This document shows, piece after piece, positions 37,643-52,128 of a stretch of 64,000 nt of DNA (position 1 is the first letter of the stretch; each line of letters opens with the position of its first letter). The notes beneath the pieces are model-generated. The model was not told the DNA's origin and ran no database searches. It saw only the letters and a program-made list of their open reading frames with translations. Origin of the DNA: Octopus bimaculoides (Eukaryota). The position numbers and the translations under genes were made by a program. The stretch spans positions 18,666,266 through 18,730,265 of the forward strand of contig NC_068998.1 in assembly GCF_001194135.2 (NCBI RefSeq). Reading direction: 5' to 3'.

Positions 37643-38364
37643 GAGTGGTCCACATAATCATCCATGATACTGAGGCTGGGAGCATATTTCAGTTCAGGAG
37701 TGAATCGTCATCACATCACTTAGTCACAAACACTTCATATAGCTGCAATAAAATGCTGTATCACCAATAATAATGTGATTTCTCTAAGACATCATCACTC
37801 AGTAATCTATCAAGTCCATTAATTATACATTTCTCAATATATACTGTTGTTATGGCTTCCCTCCCTCATTTTATGCCTCCATTATAAATGGGTAGATTTG
37901 CTAGTATACAGAATGCTACATAAGAAAATGTTCAGTATTAAACAAAAAACACATAGGAAACATTTATTTTTTCCTAATACAGTTGTCTGTGCATAATATT
38001 TTCTGAAACTTTATTTACATATTTCAAAACTCAAATACATTAATTCATAGGCTCAATGTTTATGAAAGTGTACATGCACATATATTCAAACATACATACA
38101 TTACTCACACATATTTCAAAATGCATAAACATTCATAGATCATACACATGCACACAACACTGACACACACACACACATCATACACACAATGTGCATTCAT
38201 TCCCATTTATAATTGTATATGTATATAAATCAAGTATGAGTATAAACCACAATTCAATTCTTTGACACCAGTTTTCATTGAAAATCCCAAACCATCTGAA
38301 TTAGAAGATGAATTACAAAATTCCACTCTGGACTTGCTGCATTTGAAGAACACCTTCACAAGGG

Positions 38365-38380
38365 TCAGTTACCAAATAAC
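38365..38380 (-). CDS. SMIM7: SMIM7 exon 5 (LFGN*)
   Basis: Strong T-rich TAG acceptor; phase-2 join gives VLFGN-stop, matching human VLFGS-stop. Total CDS 225 nt. Confidence 0.85.
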
Positions 38381-39086
38381 CTATTAAAAATAAAGTAAAA
38401 TAAACTAAATAATTCATAACAGTTAGTCTAGTAGCTAGTTTAAAATTCATCCATTTTAGTAAGGGAAATAAAGCATCTAATTATAAAAGGATTAAAAAGA
38501 AAAAATCCTGTAAATTTCAGTTATGAGATCCAGTTTTATATTAAGCAGATGAGAAAGAAATTCCCTTCCCCACAAAAAAGATGGTAGTATTTCATCAGTT
38601 AAAATTCTTCAAAGATGTTACTTCTTCCCAACAATTACTTGAACAGAGGTAGATAGAATTGTACTTCATATGGCTAAGTAGTTTAAGAAGTTTGATTCAT
38701 AACCATGTGGTTCTGATTTCAATCCCACTACATGGTATCTTGGGCAAGTCTTCCACCTTTGCTTTGAATTAAACAATATGTTGAGGGTGGAATTTGTTAG
38801 AAATAAACTGTACACAAGCCTGTTGTATTTATGTATGCATATATCTTTGGCTGATGCACATTGATTAAGGATATAAATACAGGTAAGAAAACTGAAAAAC
38901 CAGTGCTTTATGATTGGTATGTTTTGAGATGTTTATTCAGCATCCAATGCCACATGGTCCTTTAGCACTATCACCATCGGAAATGTGAATCAATTTGGTT
39001 AATTTAAAAACCTGTATACCAACAAAGCACAAAATGATATAATATAAAATAGATACAACCACTTGCAATTTTCAATTCAATAAATT

Positions 39087-39492
39087 GGTAGTGGCTGTGT
39101 GGCAAGTAGCTTGCTTACCACTCACAAGGTTCCGGGTTCAGTCCCACTGCGTGGCACCTTGGGCAAGTGTCTTCTACTATAGCCTCGGGCCGACCAAAGC
39201 CTTGTGAGTGGATTTGGTAGACGGAAACTGAAAGAAGCCCGTCGTATATATGTATATATGTGTGTGTATATATGTATATATATGTATATATTTGTGTTTG
39301 TCCCCCCAACATCGCTTGACAACCGATGCTGGTGTGTTTACGTCCCCGTAACTTAGCGGTTCGGCAAAAGAGACCGATAGAATAAGTACTAAGCTTCCAA
39401 AGAATAAGTCCTGGGGTCGATTTGCTCGACTAAAGGCGGTGCTCCAGCATGGCCACAGTCAAATGACTGAAACAAGTAAAAGAGTAAAGAGA
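39087..39492 (+). mobile_element. CORE-type tRNA SINE, family B (head, CORE-like TTGGGCAAGTGTCTTCT, central TA/CA microsatellite, (AAAGAGT)n tail)
   Basis: Copies also on - at 10718-11080, 14876-15282, 16096-16736, 42508-42913 and 51165-52293; partial copies at about 5320-5510, 17985-18120, 18775-18990, 32890-33080, 57050-57275 and 63860-64000. Confidence 0.85.
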
Positions 39493-42400
39493 GTCCAATA
39501 TAAATTTAATTTCTATTATTGTTACTGAATTGTCCTCAGAACATTCATTTTGGAGCCCACAGGGTCAACAGGCTGAAGCTTATGCCATTTGAATGATTAA
39601 GAGTACAAGAGTACAATATCAAGTAAAATGCCTTACTCAAGAACATAATGAGCTGCCTGCCCTGAGAAACCCACAACCTAATTACTGGAAGTCCAACAGC
39701 TTAACCATTAAGCCACACACTTAATAAATGATGCTTATTGATTTTGAGGGGAATGAGGACTCCTCAATGCAATTACACATGCTAAGAATAGCACAGAAAT
39801 CTTCAAACCACATCCTTTCAATCTTAAAATGAGTGAAGCACATTGGATAATGCAGTCATAGATAATAGTCTATCTGAAAAAACATGGGATGATCATGGCT
39901 GGGGTGCCTTTATCCCTTTAGCATTCAGATTACTCAGTTAAATGTAACGCTTATTTATTCATGTTGTTTTGAATCAATCATGTATTATCTCATAAGTTTG
40001 AAATTCTGATAGTGGGATCACTCATATTTAGAATGATATAGGGTAGGTGTAAGAGGTCAGATCAGTCCATTTTGAATATAAAACAAGTAAAATATTTTGG
40101 CCAGATTTGGTCAGTTTAAATGTTAAAGGATTAATCTTACATCTGCTCAATCAGAGATGATCTGAGACTAAATAACAACAATTACTAAGAGTTCAATCCT
40201 AGTGTAAAGTATTCTGGGCAAGTGTCTTCTATTATAGGTTCAGGTTGACCAATGCCTTTTGAATGAAATTTGGTAGATGGAAATTGTGTTGTATATGTAT
40301 CTGAATAAAAGATAAACCAATACAGGATAGAAGAGACTTTTTAGCCCTGTTGCAGACAACAACCATTGAAATGCTTATGGGACAATAAAATATAACTATT
40401 CCATGCTGTTATTGGGGATAAGAAGGTTATTTAGCTGCAATAAAAACCTTGCCAAATAACATGACACACAATATAATGATATGTGGTTTTCTCTGTTGTT
40501 GCAAGTGAAAGAAGAGAAAGGATCTTAACAAATGGTGAAATTCTTAGAGACCTGCCCAATAGAAATTAGCAAGAAAAACCAGATGTAAAACAGTGATAAT
40601 GATGATGAAGGGGAGGGCCTTAATATCTGATGGAGTCAGAAATACTGTCATGATGCATGGTGTGTCTTGAACATTTTAAACCTAAGGTAGATGTATAGGA
40701 TTCAATTCAGGATGATGTTTTGGTGCTTCATCATCTTCAGGACTCCAAGAATGTGAAAGTATTTAGCTTGTCAAAAGTAGGTTTCTTTTCTTTTTTTTTT
40801 CCAGACTAAAAAGCGAAACTGTTTGCCTATAAAATGAAAGTATTAAGGGATAAAAATAAACTGAGTGAACAGCTGAATGCCAGCTAGATACTATAAAATA
40901 TCCAGTATCACTGTATATCCAATATTGAAACTGGTTCCATCAAATATATTGATTGCATTTCTAATTGGATTAGATTGGATAAGACTAGATGTTCAGTCCG
41001 CTGCAGAACAAAGGCCTCAGCATGTTCTCTCTACCAACCATGGTCTAATGTGGAGGCCATGAATTTGAGCTCAAGATCATACTGGTTTGATGAGCCTATT
41101 CTGCCACACTGATTTGATATGGCTTGGAAGAGGGATGCAGTTTTTATTTTAAATATGTTTTAAAATATTCCTACCAAGGAGTAGTTAAGTCGATTACATC
41201 CTAATTAATGTTAGCAAAGTATAGCAGTTAACTATCCAAGTGTAAAGGGTAAAGACCTACTTTGATCATGAACAACATGGAATTGCACCTAGAAAGTTAC
41301 CCTCATCATCATCATCGTTTAACGTCCGCTTTCCATGCTAGCATGGGTTGGACGATTTGACTGAGGACTGGTGAAACCAGATGGCTACACCAGGCTCCAA
41401 TCTGATTTGGCAGAGTTTCTACAGCTGGATGCCATTCCTAACACCAACCACTCAGAGAGTGTAGTGGGTGCTTTTACATGCCACCGGCACGAAGGCCAGT
41501 CAGGCGGTACTGGCAACGGCCACGCTCGAAATGGTGTATTTTATGTGCCACCCACACAAGAGCCAATCTAAGGGCACTGGCAATGATCTCGCTCGAAAAT
41601 CCATCCCCTCGGAGGCACAAATCTGGGCAAGGTTGTTTATGGAAGACCAGCAGTCACCCATGCATACCAGCCTCCCTTCTCCATTCCACTGATGTTATCC
41701 AAGGGAAAGGCAAAAGTTGATACTGTTTGACATCAGTGATGTTGCAACTCATTTCTACAGCTGAATGAACTGGAGCAACATGAAATAAAGTGTCTTGCTC
41801 AAGAACACAACACACAACCTGGTCCAGGAATCGAACTCACTACCTCATGGCTCTAACCACTGAGCCAGGCACCTTCATCCAAGTGTATTGAATGATTATG
41901 ACGAGAATGATTAACAGCAAATACAAGAGACAATAATTTTTCTGCAAGATTACAGTCTTCATCAGATTTGACTTTTTGCTTTGGAAAACACTTCCGTTTT
42001 CCAACCTGGGAAACTTCTACTGCTAAGAAGGTAAATATTTCCATAGGACCCTGGAAATGGAGAGTGTTATTATTTCTTCTGGAAATCTTTAACTCTCAAG
42101 AGCAAATAGAACCACTTCATACAAAATTTGTCCCCACTTCCATTGTGCTTGCGTATTATTTACATTGCCAGTGTCTAGTCAATGAAGCATGAAATAATCC
42201 TGCTAACATGCCTAATAAAATGTAGTAAAACAGTTGTGAAAGTAAGGTGTAACACATAGTGACTACATAAAAATAGATACCACTTTAGCATGCAATCTAA
42301 CAATTTCTCCAATCCCAAGCCTAAACTCTTATCCTAAACACTAACAGTTAACCCTAGTCGTAATCCAGATCAAGACATTTCCCAGTGTTGACTATGAATA

Positions 42401-42727
42401 CTGCAGCAGACTGCACGCTAAAGTAGCACCAAAAATTCTTACTTTAGTCGTTAGAGTTTATAACCTCTGAGCAAGGTACATAACTCTGCTTACTCCACAT
42501 TGTTTAACTCTTTACTCCTTTACTTGTTTCAGTCATTTGACTGTGGCCATGCTGGAGCACTGCCTTTAGTCGAGGAAATCAACCCCAGGACTTATTCTTT
42601 GTAAGCCTAGTACTTATTCTATCGGAATCTTTTGCCGAACCGNNNNNNNNNNNNNNNNNNNNNNNNNNNNNNNNNNNNNNNNNNNNNNNNNNNNNNNNNN
42701 NNNNNNNNNNNNNNNNNNNNNNNNNNN

Positions 42728-42763
<36 letters not shown>

Positions 42764-43825
42764 ATATATATATACATATATATATACGACGGGCTTCTTT
42801 CAGTTTCCGTCTACCAAATCCACTCACAAGGCTTTGGTCGACCCGAGGCTATAGTAGAAGACACTTGCCCAAGGTGCCACGCAGTGGGACTGAACCCGGA
42901 ACCATGCAGTTGGGGATGAAAATTAAGATTTCACATCTATTTCAAGGTTAAGTGGTTAGAAGGCAGTGTGAAAGCAATGGATATAATAACATGGACAAAA
43001 ATATATACCATCTGATCTATGTAAAAATGAAAAGTAAAATGGATGGGAATCAGTAAAACAACCTTCTATTAATATATTAGTTTTTAATATAGGCTGTGAT
43101 TACATCAGAGATACTGAGTAACAATACATTCGTGTTCCGAGTTCAAATTCCACTGACTTTTTGCTTTGGAAAACACTTTCGTTTTTCAACCTGGGAAACT
43201 TCTACTGCTAAGAAGGTAAATATTTTCATAGAACCCTGGAAATGGAGGGTGTTATTTTACTTGTTTTATATTCAAAATGGACTGATCTGACCTCTTACAC
43301 CTACCCTACAATATCATTCTAAAAATGAGTGATCCCACTATCAGAATTTCAAACTTATGAGATAATACATGATTAATTCAAAAAAAAAAAAAAAAAAAAA
43401 AAAAAAAGAAACCTACTTTTGACAAGCTAAATACTTTCACATTCTTGGAGTTCTGAAGATGATGAAGCACCAAAACATCTCATCCTAAATTGAATCTTAT
43501 ACATCTACCTTAGGTTTAAAATGTTCAAGACACACCATTGTCTTTCATCCTTTCAGAGTCAATAAAATAAGTACCAGTTGAGCACTGAGTCAATGTAATG
43601 GACTTAACCCCTCCCGTGAAATTGCTGGCCTTGTGCCAAAATTTGAGAACAATATGAATTTTTAATAGAGGCACAAGAGAGATTTTACAGTATACATGCA
43701 GTCAGCTATTACAAAATGTGCCAACTATAGTAAATCAAGGGATATATCAAAATTTCAAGGTTTTCTTTTTTGCTTTAATTTGGAGGCTGAATGAATGCAA
43801 TAAGGAAAACAAAGAAAGGTACTTA

Positions 43826-43957
<132 letters not shown>

Positions 43958-44246
43958 TCATTTCTTCTTATGCTTTTAATTTTTTTTTTCCATGTTTCTA
44001 ATATCAAATGAAATAACAAGAGCAGTGGTTAGTAAAACTAGTAGTAGTGGAAAAAATCAAAATTGGTTACAGTTCCCTTTGTTATACAGTTAGTAGGTGA
44101 GAGTTAAATAAGCTCAGTATAGAAAATACATAGTAGTGTTTGAATGAATTTGAACTTAAGTTCTGACGTTTTCATCCAAGGCGAAGCCCATGGAATTAAG
44201 AGTGACTATAAGAGAGATCCAAATTGAACTGATATAGAGGTAGTAA

Positions 44247-45082
44247 GATAGATAAACACAATTAGGCTTGATATGGAATAAAAAGAAAAGAAAATATAAA
44301 TATATAAAGAAATTATGCAAAGTCTTATCTTGACAGCTGTTTCAGGAAGCCAAGAATTACATAACAATCATAATTTGCAGGTGATATATGTGAAAAGTCA
44401 TAGGTATGCAGCTGGTGATTAGTCAGATGAAGTTATAACAGTAAGTCCAATTCTGTTTTCAAGAGAAGATTGGCAAATGATTGTCATATAGTAGTGCTTA
44501 CAAATATAAAAGAGAGGAGGTGGATAAAAGAGTGAGAAGAGAGGGTAGTTAACAGACAAGATAAGAGGGAGAAGAACAATGCCAAACACAAAATAGAAAG
44601 AACTGAGAGAGAAAATAGGGTTAAAAGCCATCCTGATGAAAGCATGCCTGATGAGTGGTCAAAGAACTCATTCACAGACAATAAAGTAGTTGAGAATATT
44701 AATGGTCCTGACAAAGAAATGTAAGAAAAATAAGCATTGAGGTAAGGGAGTGTAGATTGTAGGAAGGGATGTGTGGTGAGAAAAAAAGAATGGGGAGAAA
44801 TTATAATAATCTTACATAATAAGCAAATGTGCACAAAACTTAGTTTTCAAGGATCTATCGAGTAACAAGGTATTATTTTGGCATAAAACTGAGAATGACT
44901 CTCAGCAACACAACTTAAGCATACATTATCTGCAAATTATGATTATTATATAACTCTTAACTTCCTGAAACAGCTGTTGAGATAAGACATTACATAATTT
45001 CTTTATATATATTTAAAAAATTTTTATTGTGTTTTGTGCTCCATATAAATATGTATATCAAGCCTAATTGTTTATCTACTTT
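44247..45082. mobile_element. Foldback element with about 140-bp arms in SMIM7 intron 3
   Basis: 44247-44383 is the reverse complement of 44924-45082 (CAGCTGTTTCAGGAAG, AATTAGGCTTGATAT). Confidence 0.7.
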
Positions 45083-45659
45083 CCTACTTCTCTTTGTTAA
45101 TTATGTTCATCCTCCTCTTCCTTGTCATTTAACATCTGTTTTTCATGCTGGAATGGGTTAGATGGTTTGATAGGAGCTGGTAAGCCTAAGGAGTGTGTCA
45201 AGCATCACTGTCTGCTTTGGCTTGGTTTTCTATGGTTGGATACCTTTCCTAATGTCAACCACCTTACAAAGTGTATGGGTGCTTTTTATGTGGTACCAAC
45301 ATCAGTAAGGTCACCAAATAATTTGCAAGACAAGACCTCTTAACTAGAGAGGAGGAAGTGATATTGAGGGAGGTGGCTTTGTGCCAGATGGTGAGATGTT
45401 AAAGTATGAGAGAGAAGTAAAAATGGGGATCTTGCAGTGGAGGAGAGAAATAAATAATAAATGAAAAGAACAATGGATGACAGTATTGGTTTAACTGTAG
45501 ACAAAGTCTTTTAGGGTTTAGTTACATCCCTTTATATACTGAGTTCAAAATCTGCTAGGATCAACTGGCTGATTTCAAGTCAATTGATGATGTAGTTATG
45601 TTTACAATGTGAAAATCTTCATTGTTATCACAGGAAAACCAAAGAAATATTACAATTAC

Positions 45660-45709
45660 CAACTGTTGGTTCTGGTGAGGCCCCAAAGAGGTCATCTTTA
45701 TTCCTTTTC
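45660..45709 (-). CDS. SMIM7: SMIM7 exon 3 (KRNKDDLFGASPEPTVG)
   Basis: Matches recalled KKKDTQGFGEESREPSTG; TAG/GTAATT; phases 2 to 1. Confidence 0.88.
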
Positions 45710-47599
45710 CTAGAAAATAAAATTGAAATCAATGAAAAATAGAAAAATGAAAAGTGAAGTTGAACAACATAAAACTTATTCTTACTGACAATAATTTGTA
45801 GCACTAGTTACAGCTAATGACTTAAGTCAGTTACATCTAGTCAGTGTTAGTCATTTCTAAAGTCAATACATAACCAGAAATATTCAGTTGAATACAGTGA
45901 ATTTTGACTGACTTAGGGTAGGTTTGCTTAGGTCCAGGTATAGGCACAGGTATGGCTGTGTGTTCGAGAAGTTCACCTCATTTCCCTGTACTTTCTCCCT
46001 TTCCTTGCATGTGGAGGGTAACTTTTTAGGTGCAGTCCCAGGAAGACATGGGATGAAATACTGAAGGTCAATCCCTGAGCCTTACAAAGGAGACAACAGA
46101 AGACTGAGATATATGATGCACTGCTGTACTCAATAAGACCTGCTCACAACAACAGAATTGAGATCCTAAAACCAAGCTGCCCTGTAAAAAGCACTGGTGA
46201 TGATACCATGTAAAAAAACACCCAGTACCCTCTGTAAAGTGGTTGGCGTTAAGAAGGACAATCAGCCATAGAAACGAAGCCAAAACAGACTATGGAACCT
46301 GGTGCAGCCCCTGGCCTAGCCAGTACTTGTCAAGCAATCCAACACATACCAGCATGGAAAATGGATGTTAAATGTTGATGAGGAGGAGGACTGCTAAAAT
46401 GTCATAGTAGTCGAATCAAATAATAATCATTATTTTAATCTGTGTGTGTGAGAGACAGACAGAGAAAGAGAGTGTGTGTGTGTGTATGTGTGTAAACTAT
46501 GGCAGTCACCAGCAAGTGAGAGTGTCCTGGTAACATATAACATTCTTTCAATAAGTGCACTAGTTACTGATGCAGTTGCAAATCATTAGAGATACTCTCT
46601 CAGTCCTCTTGTCTTTGATCCAACTGAATGTCTTAGATGTGCTAGTGGGAGAGAGAGAGGGCTGCAGCAATAATGGGCCAGCAATTCAGTTATGAAGCCC
46701 AAAACAGTAAAAGGCAAAGATGACTTCAGCATGACTTTAGCAAATATCAATGTTTTCCATCTGACACTCAAATGACTGCCAAAAGACCACACAAAGAGAC
46801 AAACACATACATATTGTCGTCATTTAAAGACCATTTCCTGTGCAGGTATAGACAGGACAATCTGACGGGTTCAACAACTGCTTCACTGTCTACTTTGGCA
46901 TGGATTCTATGGCTGGGTGCCTTTCTTACACCAACCATTTTACAGTGTGTACTGGTGCTTTTTTGTGCCACCAGTACTATTGAGGTCACCATGCAGCTTG
47001 CAAGATTACAGACCCTAAGAAAGGCAGTGTTATGCTAGGAGATGAGGGTTCAAGATATGAGAGAAAAGGCAAGAGTAAAGCAGGTTTCTAATTGAAGAAG
47101 AAGAATATGGTTGTTCACATTATAGAAGGGAGGGTGGTGGGTGACCGGTGTAGAGTTGAGAAGAGATAAAAATAATAGTGATGAGATGTCTGAGTGGACA
47201 CTCAAAGTACGAAAAGAGTGAAAGTGCACAGAGACAGAACTATGAGTGTGAGTTGCAAGTGTGAAGGAGAAGTAGGTGTAGTGCATAGTGGAGAGTGTGA
47301 GACATAGTGATGGAGAAAGAGAGGCGTTTTGATAGCTCAGAGAGATGATCATTGTCCAATGTGGCTGGAAAAGACAGTCTTAGGAATGAAGAATGGAAAT
47401 CAAGTCAAATGGTTTCAAGCAGTGAGAAAGATTAGAGGTATCAAGAAGAAGTTATAGGATGGTGGAGGTATCTTGAAGAAGAAATTAGGTGAAGGGCTCA
47501 GTTGTGCATACACACACATACACACAATATGCTTCCAGAACTTAGTTTCACCAAGTTGGGTGGGTTTTCTTGAGAACTGTATAGCATCAATCATCTCAA

Positions 47600-48120
47600 T
47601 CCTTTGTCATCTCCATAAGGTTCAAGGGCCTGAGATCAGCCTTCACTACTTCAGCCAATGTCTTCCAGGGGTTCTCTCTTTTGCAAACTCCATCCACATT
47701 AAGTAACCAGCATTTCTTTATACAGCCATCTTCACCCATACATAACAAACGTCATACCAGAGCAGTCTTCTTTCTTGTACAACTACATCTGATACTTCTT
47801 ATGCCCAGTTTTTCTCTCAGCACAGTTGTACTATGTTGTTCATGCACACTTACATTGTAACTCAAGTCCTCTACATTCATGGCTCATGTCTTACTACCAT
47901 ACACCATCACAGTTCTAACAAAAGCCTTGTGTGATCTGCACTTCACTCTGGGGGAGAAGACCTTCATTGTTAGCAATGGTAGTAGGTCCCTGAACTTTCT
48001 CCAGCCTGTTCTTACCCTGGCTGCTATACTTCTAGAGCAACCAATTCCCCTGTTAATTACATCTCTTGGATAACAAACGTTATCTACTACTTCTAGTGAA
48101 CCATCCAGGCATTTAGGGGA
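47600..48120 (-). mobile_element. RTE-clade LINE RT C-terminal fragment; its 3' UTR continues to about 46750
   Basis: LEVVD...ARVRTGWRKFRDLLPLL...VRTVMVYGSKT...LREKLGIRSI with stops and frameshifts. Confidence 0.8.
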
Positions 48121-48325
48121 ATCTGTCTCCAGTGTGCCATAGTATGTATTACCTCAGTGCATCTATCACATATGAAGCTTACATTCTCTGTTAGCTTGCC
48201 TGTGATTCCACTATACTTCTTTTGCGTTCATAGTGTATGGAGTTTATATATCTATTCCTTTTTGTATGCATGTAAAAATGTATGAATGTATACTTTTATA
48301 TATATATGAAAAATGTTATACTCAC

Positions 48326-48367
48326 AAATTGAAATTCACAACAGCACATGCATTGACGAGAAGAGTA
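48326..48367 (-). CDS. SMIM7: SMIM7 exon 2 (TLLVNACAVVNFNL)
   Basis: Matches recalled TLLMNAGAVLNFKL; CAG/GTGAGT junctions; 42 nt. Confidence 0.92.
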
Positions 48368-51367
48368 CTGAAAAAGAGGAAATAACAGATATCAATGTTA
48401 AATCAATAAATAATAATCAATGAACAATAACCTGAGATCAAAATGTATTTATGTATTAGCTAAAAAACTTTGCATAGACTCCTCATATTAGACTAAAGCC
48501 TGTCATTTTAAAGTAGGGGCATAGTCAACTGAATCAACCAGTATGGTACAATTATTCAATCATCTCCAATAGGAATGAAGAGCAAAGCCAGTTGTAAAAG
48601 GATCTGAACTCAGGTTATGAAAAAAGGCCATTAAAAATTGTGAAGCATTTATTTACTCTGAGCCTTTACCATTTCTGAAACTCGACTCCATTGTATTTAA
48701 TTTATATTGATTTTTTAGTGAGAGAGGTCACTAATTTAAAGTACAAAAGTGTTTGTGGAAAAGTCCAGTAAATGTGCTTTTGAGAAGCACACGTAATGGA
48801 ATATCAGAAGACAGTTTTTAGACAAATAATTTAATTTATTAAATCATTACAACAGCTAACAAGTAAAAAGAGTGTAGCCTATACAATTCATTATGAGGCA
48901 GAGTTGTGGCTGATGTTATCCAGAATTTCGCGGAGTGAAGTTAGCATAAATGAAATAGGCTGTTCAGGAGGTGACAAGCTGAGAGCCGATATAACTCGGA
49001 GTTAGTTGCATGAAGTTGGTGGCAAAATAACCAAAAGCTGTTCCATGTTGAAAGAAAGAATGTTGCTGGTGTATGGTCTTTTTGCCAATTGCTTAAAACT
49101 CCCACTTCTCTGCTTGGGCAGAGAACTGCCTTTGATATTCAGGCACCCAGCCCTGATTGGCTGGAGTATGCCATAGCACAACTGTGCTATGCCATGACAA
49201 CAAAAATAGCTTCCTGATTCACTACAATTTCATTAGGCCACAAATTTTTATTTAGGGAACAGTTATTTAAAGCAACTCCATTAATTGGCTGCTACTTATT
49301 TTAATGATCTACAAATCAGAGTCCTTCTCTTGTATCCAGAATAGTGCAGCTGCTACACACATAAACTGAATAGCAAGCTGTCACACACTAAATACACTAT
49401 CATACATATTCCCTGTCTCTCTTATTACTTCATCATCATCATCATTATTGTTTAACGTCCGCTTTCCATGCTAGCATGGGTTGGACCATTTGACTGAGGA
49501 CTGTCATGAAGGCCAGTCAGGCGGTACTGGCAACGGCCACGCTCAAAATGGTGTATTTTACGTGTCACCTGCACAGGAGCCAGTCCAGCGGCACTGGCAA
49601 TGATCTCGCTCGAATGTCTTTACATGTGCCACAGGCACAAGTGCCAGGAAGGCGACACTGGGCACAGGTGCCATCACAATTTCACTTTCGCTTGCCCCAA
49701 CATTAATGCAGGCAGAATTAAAGCTTCTTAAAATCTGTCTTTCTCAGCTATTACAATGTTGTTCAGCTTTGAATCAGTCTTAATTAAGCAGACCAATAAT
49801 CATGAACAAAAGCATCACCTTCACATCTTTCTTTTATTTTAGCTGTATCCAGATTATATTATTCAATGTGTCCTCTTCTTTTAATACAGTTAGGTGTGAT
49901 TTCAGAGACATTTGGCTGTTCTGTCTAGCAAATCAAGCTAGATATATCCAGTGAGGGATCCCACATAGGGATTATCTCACTGGATCACTGTTATTACTAC
50001 TAATCTAAAGACTGACACAGTATTTTGAACTGGAAGATTCCTGTGTGTTTGAACCGTGTTTCTCATATTAATTCTCCAGTGGGTTGGAATCCTTATGACT
50101 GTAGTCATGTGGATACATTAAGAAAAATGATTTTTCCAAGAAACCATTGTATTTATAAATGGCAGCTATTATTTAAGTAAAAAAAAGTGTTGTTTTTCAT
50201 CTAAGTGTAGCACAGAGCCAGCTAGTGTGGCATACCAAAAAGGACATTGTAAAGATGTTATTAGGTTACCACAAGGTACCATACATGTGGTTAAGAAGTT
50301 TGTATCACAACTATGAAGTACTGGGTTCAATCCCACATTACTATATCTTAGGCAAGTGTGTTAATTACAACCTCAGGTTGACCCAAGCCTTGTGAGTAAA
50401 AATTGGTAGGCAAAAACTGTATAAAAGTTCATTTGATGGGCTGTACTTATAATTTAAAGATTCAGCCTTGTCATAACTGTGTTACACTGATTCATTATCA
50501 TCCTCATCATCATCATCTTTTTAATGCTTGCATGGATCAGATGGGATTTGTTAAGACAGATTTTTCAATGGTCAGACACCCTTTCTGTCACCAACCCTGT
50601 TTCCAAGCAAGGTAGCATTTCTCCATGGTTAGATTGTTTTCATAAACGGTTGGAAACATGGAACACTGCTTGGATGACACTGACGTATTCAAGTGCTATT
50701 TTACGTTCCCAATCTTCTGTGGAAACATGTTTTGGGGTGACCTGAAGCAACTTTATAAGTGTGGTGTGTGTAATGAAATAATGATTTAGTAAAAAGCGCC
50801 ATGAATATGTTATAGTGGTTCTATAAAACAAGCGAACTAGTCTGATCCAATGTTAACTAGTAGATACAAAATGACTACGTGAAAGAGACCATTGTCAATC
50901 ATTTTTACTAATGGACCCCTTTTATCCCTATTTTACTCAGATGGACTCTCATAACTATTTGATGTTTTAAAAAGCCTATTATATTTTTAAAATTAAATAT
51001 CATTAAGAATTGTATTTAAAAGAATTAAAATATTTTGTGTATTGTAGGAGCATAACCAATTTGTTGCACAAAAAAATGTTAATAAAATCTTATGTGGATC
51101 CTCAGGGGTCATGTAGACCCTGGTTGAAAACCATTGCTCTAGGTATTTCTTTGCTTATGCGAGCTTACTCTTTTACTTGTTTCAGTCATTTGACTGCGGC
51201 CATGCTGGGGCACCGCCTTTAGTCAAGCAAATCAACCCCAGGACTTATTCTTTGTAAGCCTAGTACTTATTCTATTGGTCTCTTTTGCTGAACCGCAAAG
51301 CTACAGGGACGTAAACACACCAGCATTGGTTGTTGAGCGATGTTGGGGGACAAACACAGACACACAA

Positions 51368-51406
<39 letters not shown>

Positions 51407-52092
51407 GGATCTAGTTCAAAACGGGGGTGCCAGTATTTTCTTAACGAAACACTTTGAAACTTGGTACACTGGTAGAATGTGTCATATAAACATCTTTTTC
51501 TCTTAGTCTTCTTAAGAAAAATTATTATATTGCAACTTATTTCATGTTAAAGTTATTTCTGTAATTTCAACCAATGACTGACGTCCATTCAGCTGAATTC
51601 ATTAAGTGCTGACTACGTAAACAAACGATNNNNNNNNNNNNNNNNNNNNNNNNNNNNNNNNNNNNNNNNNNNNNNNNNNNNNNNNNNNNNNNNNNNNNNN
51701 NNNNNNNNNNNNNNNNNNNNNNNNNNNNNNNNNNNNNNNNNNNNNNNNNNNNNNNNNNNNNNNNNNNNNNNNNNNNNNNNNNNNNNNNNNNNNNNNNNNN
51801 NNNNNNNNNNNNNNNNNNNNNNNNNNNNNNNNNNNNNNNNNNNNNNNNNNNNNNNNNNNNNNNNNNNNNNNNNNNNNNNNNNNNNNNNNNNNNNNNNNNN
51901 NNNNNNNNNNNNNNNNNNNNNNNNNNNNNNNNNNNNNNNNNNNNNNNNNNNNNNNNNNNNNNNNNNNNNNNNNNNNNNNNNNNNNNNNNNNNNNNNNNNN
52001 NNNNNAGTATACGAAGTTTGAAAGTCTTTCGGTACCAAAAACACTACATAAAACAGAAATGAAAACTGGTGCCCCCGTTTTGAACTAGATCC
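51407..52092. mobile_element. Tc1/mariner-like TIR element inserted into the microsatellite of a CORE-type SINE
   Basis: GGATCTAGTTCAAAACGGGGGTGCCAGT / ACTGGTGCCCCCGTTTTGAACTAGATCC (26/28) in a TA/CA tract; interior partly gap. Confidence 0.75.
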
Positions 52093-52095
52093 CAC

Positions 52096-52128
<33 letters not shown>

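Noticed and set aside
48840-49320. Possible coding exon or LINE end in SMIM7 intron 1
   Set aside because: Stops in the frames examined and no motif I could support.
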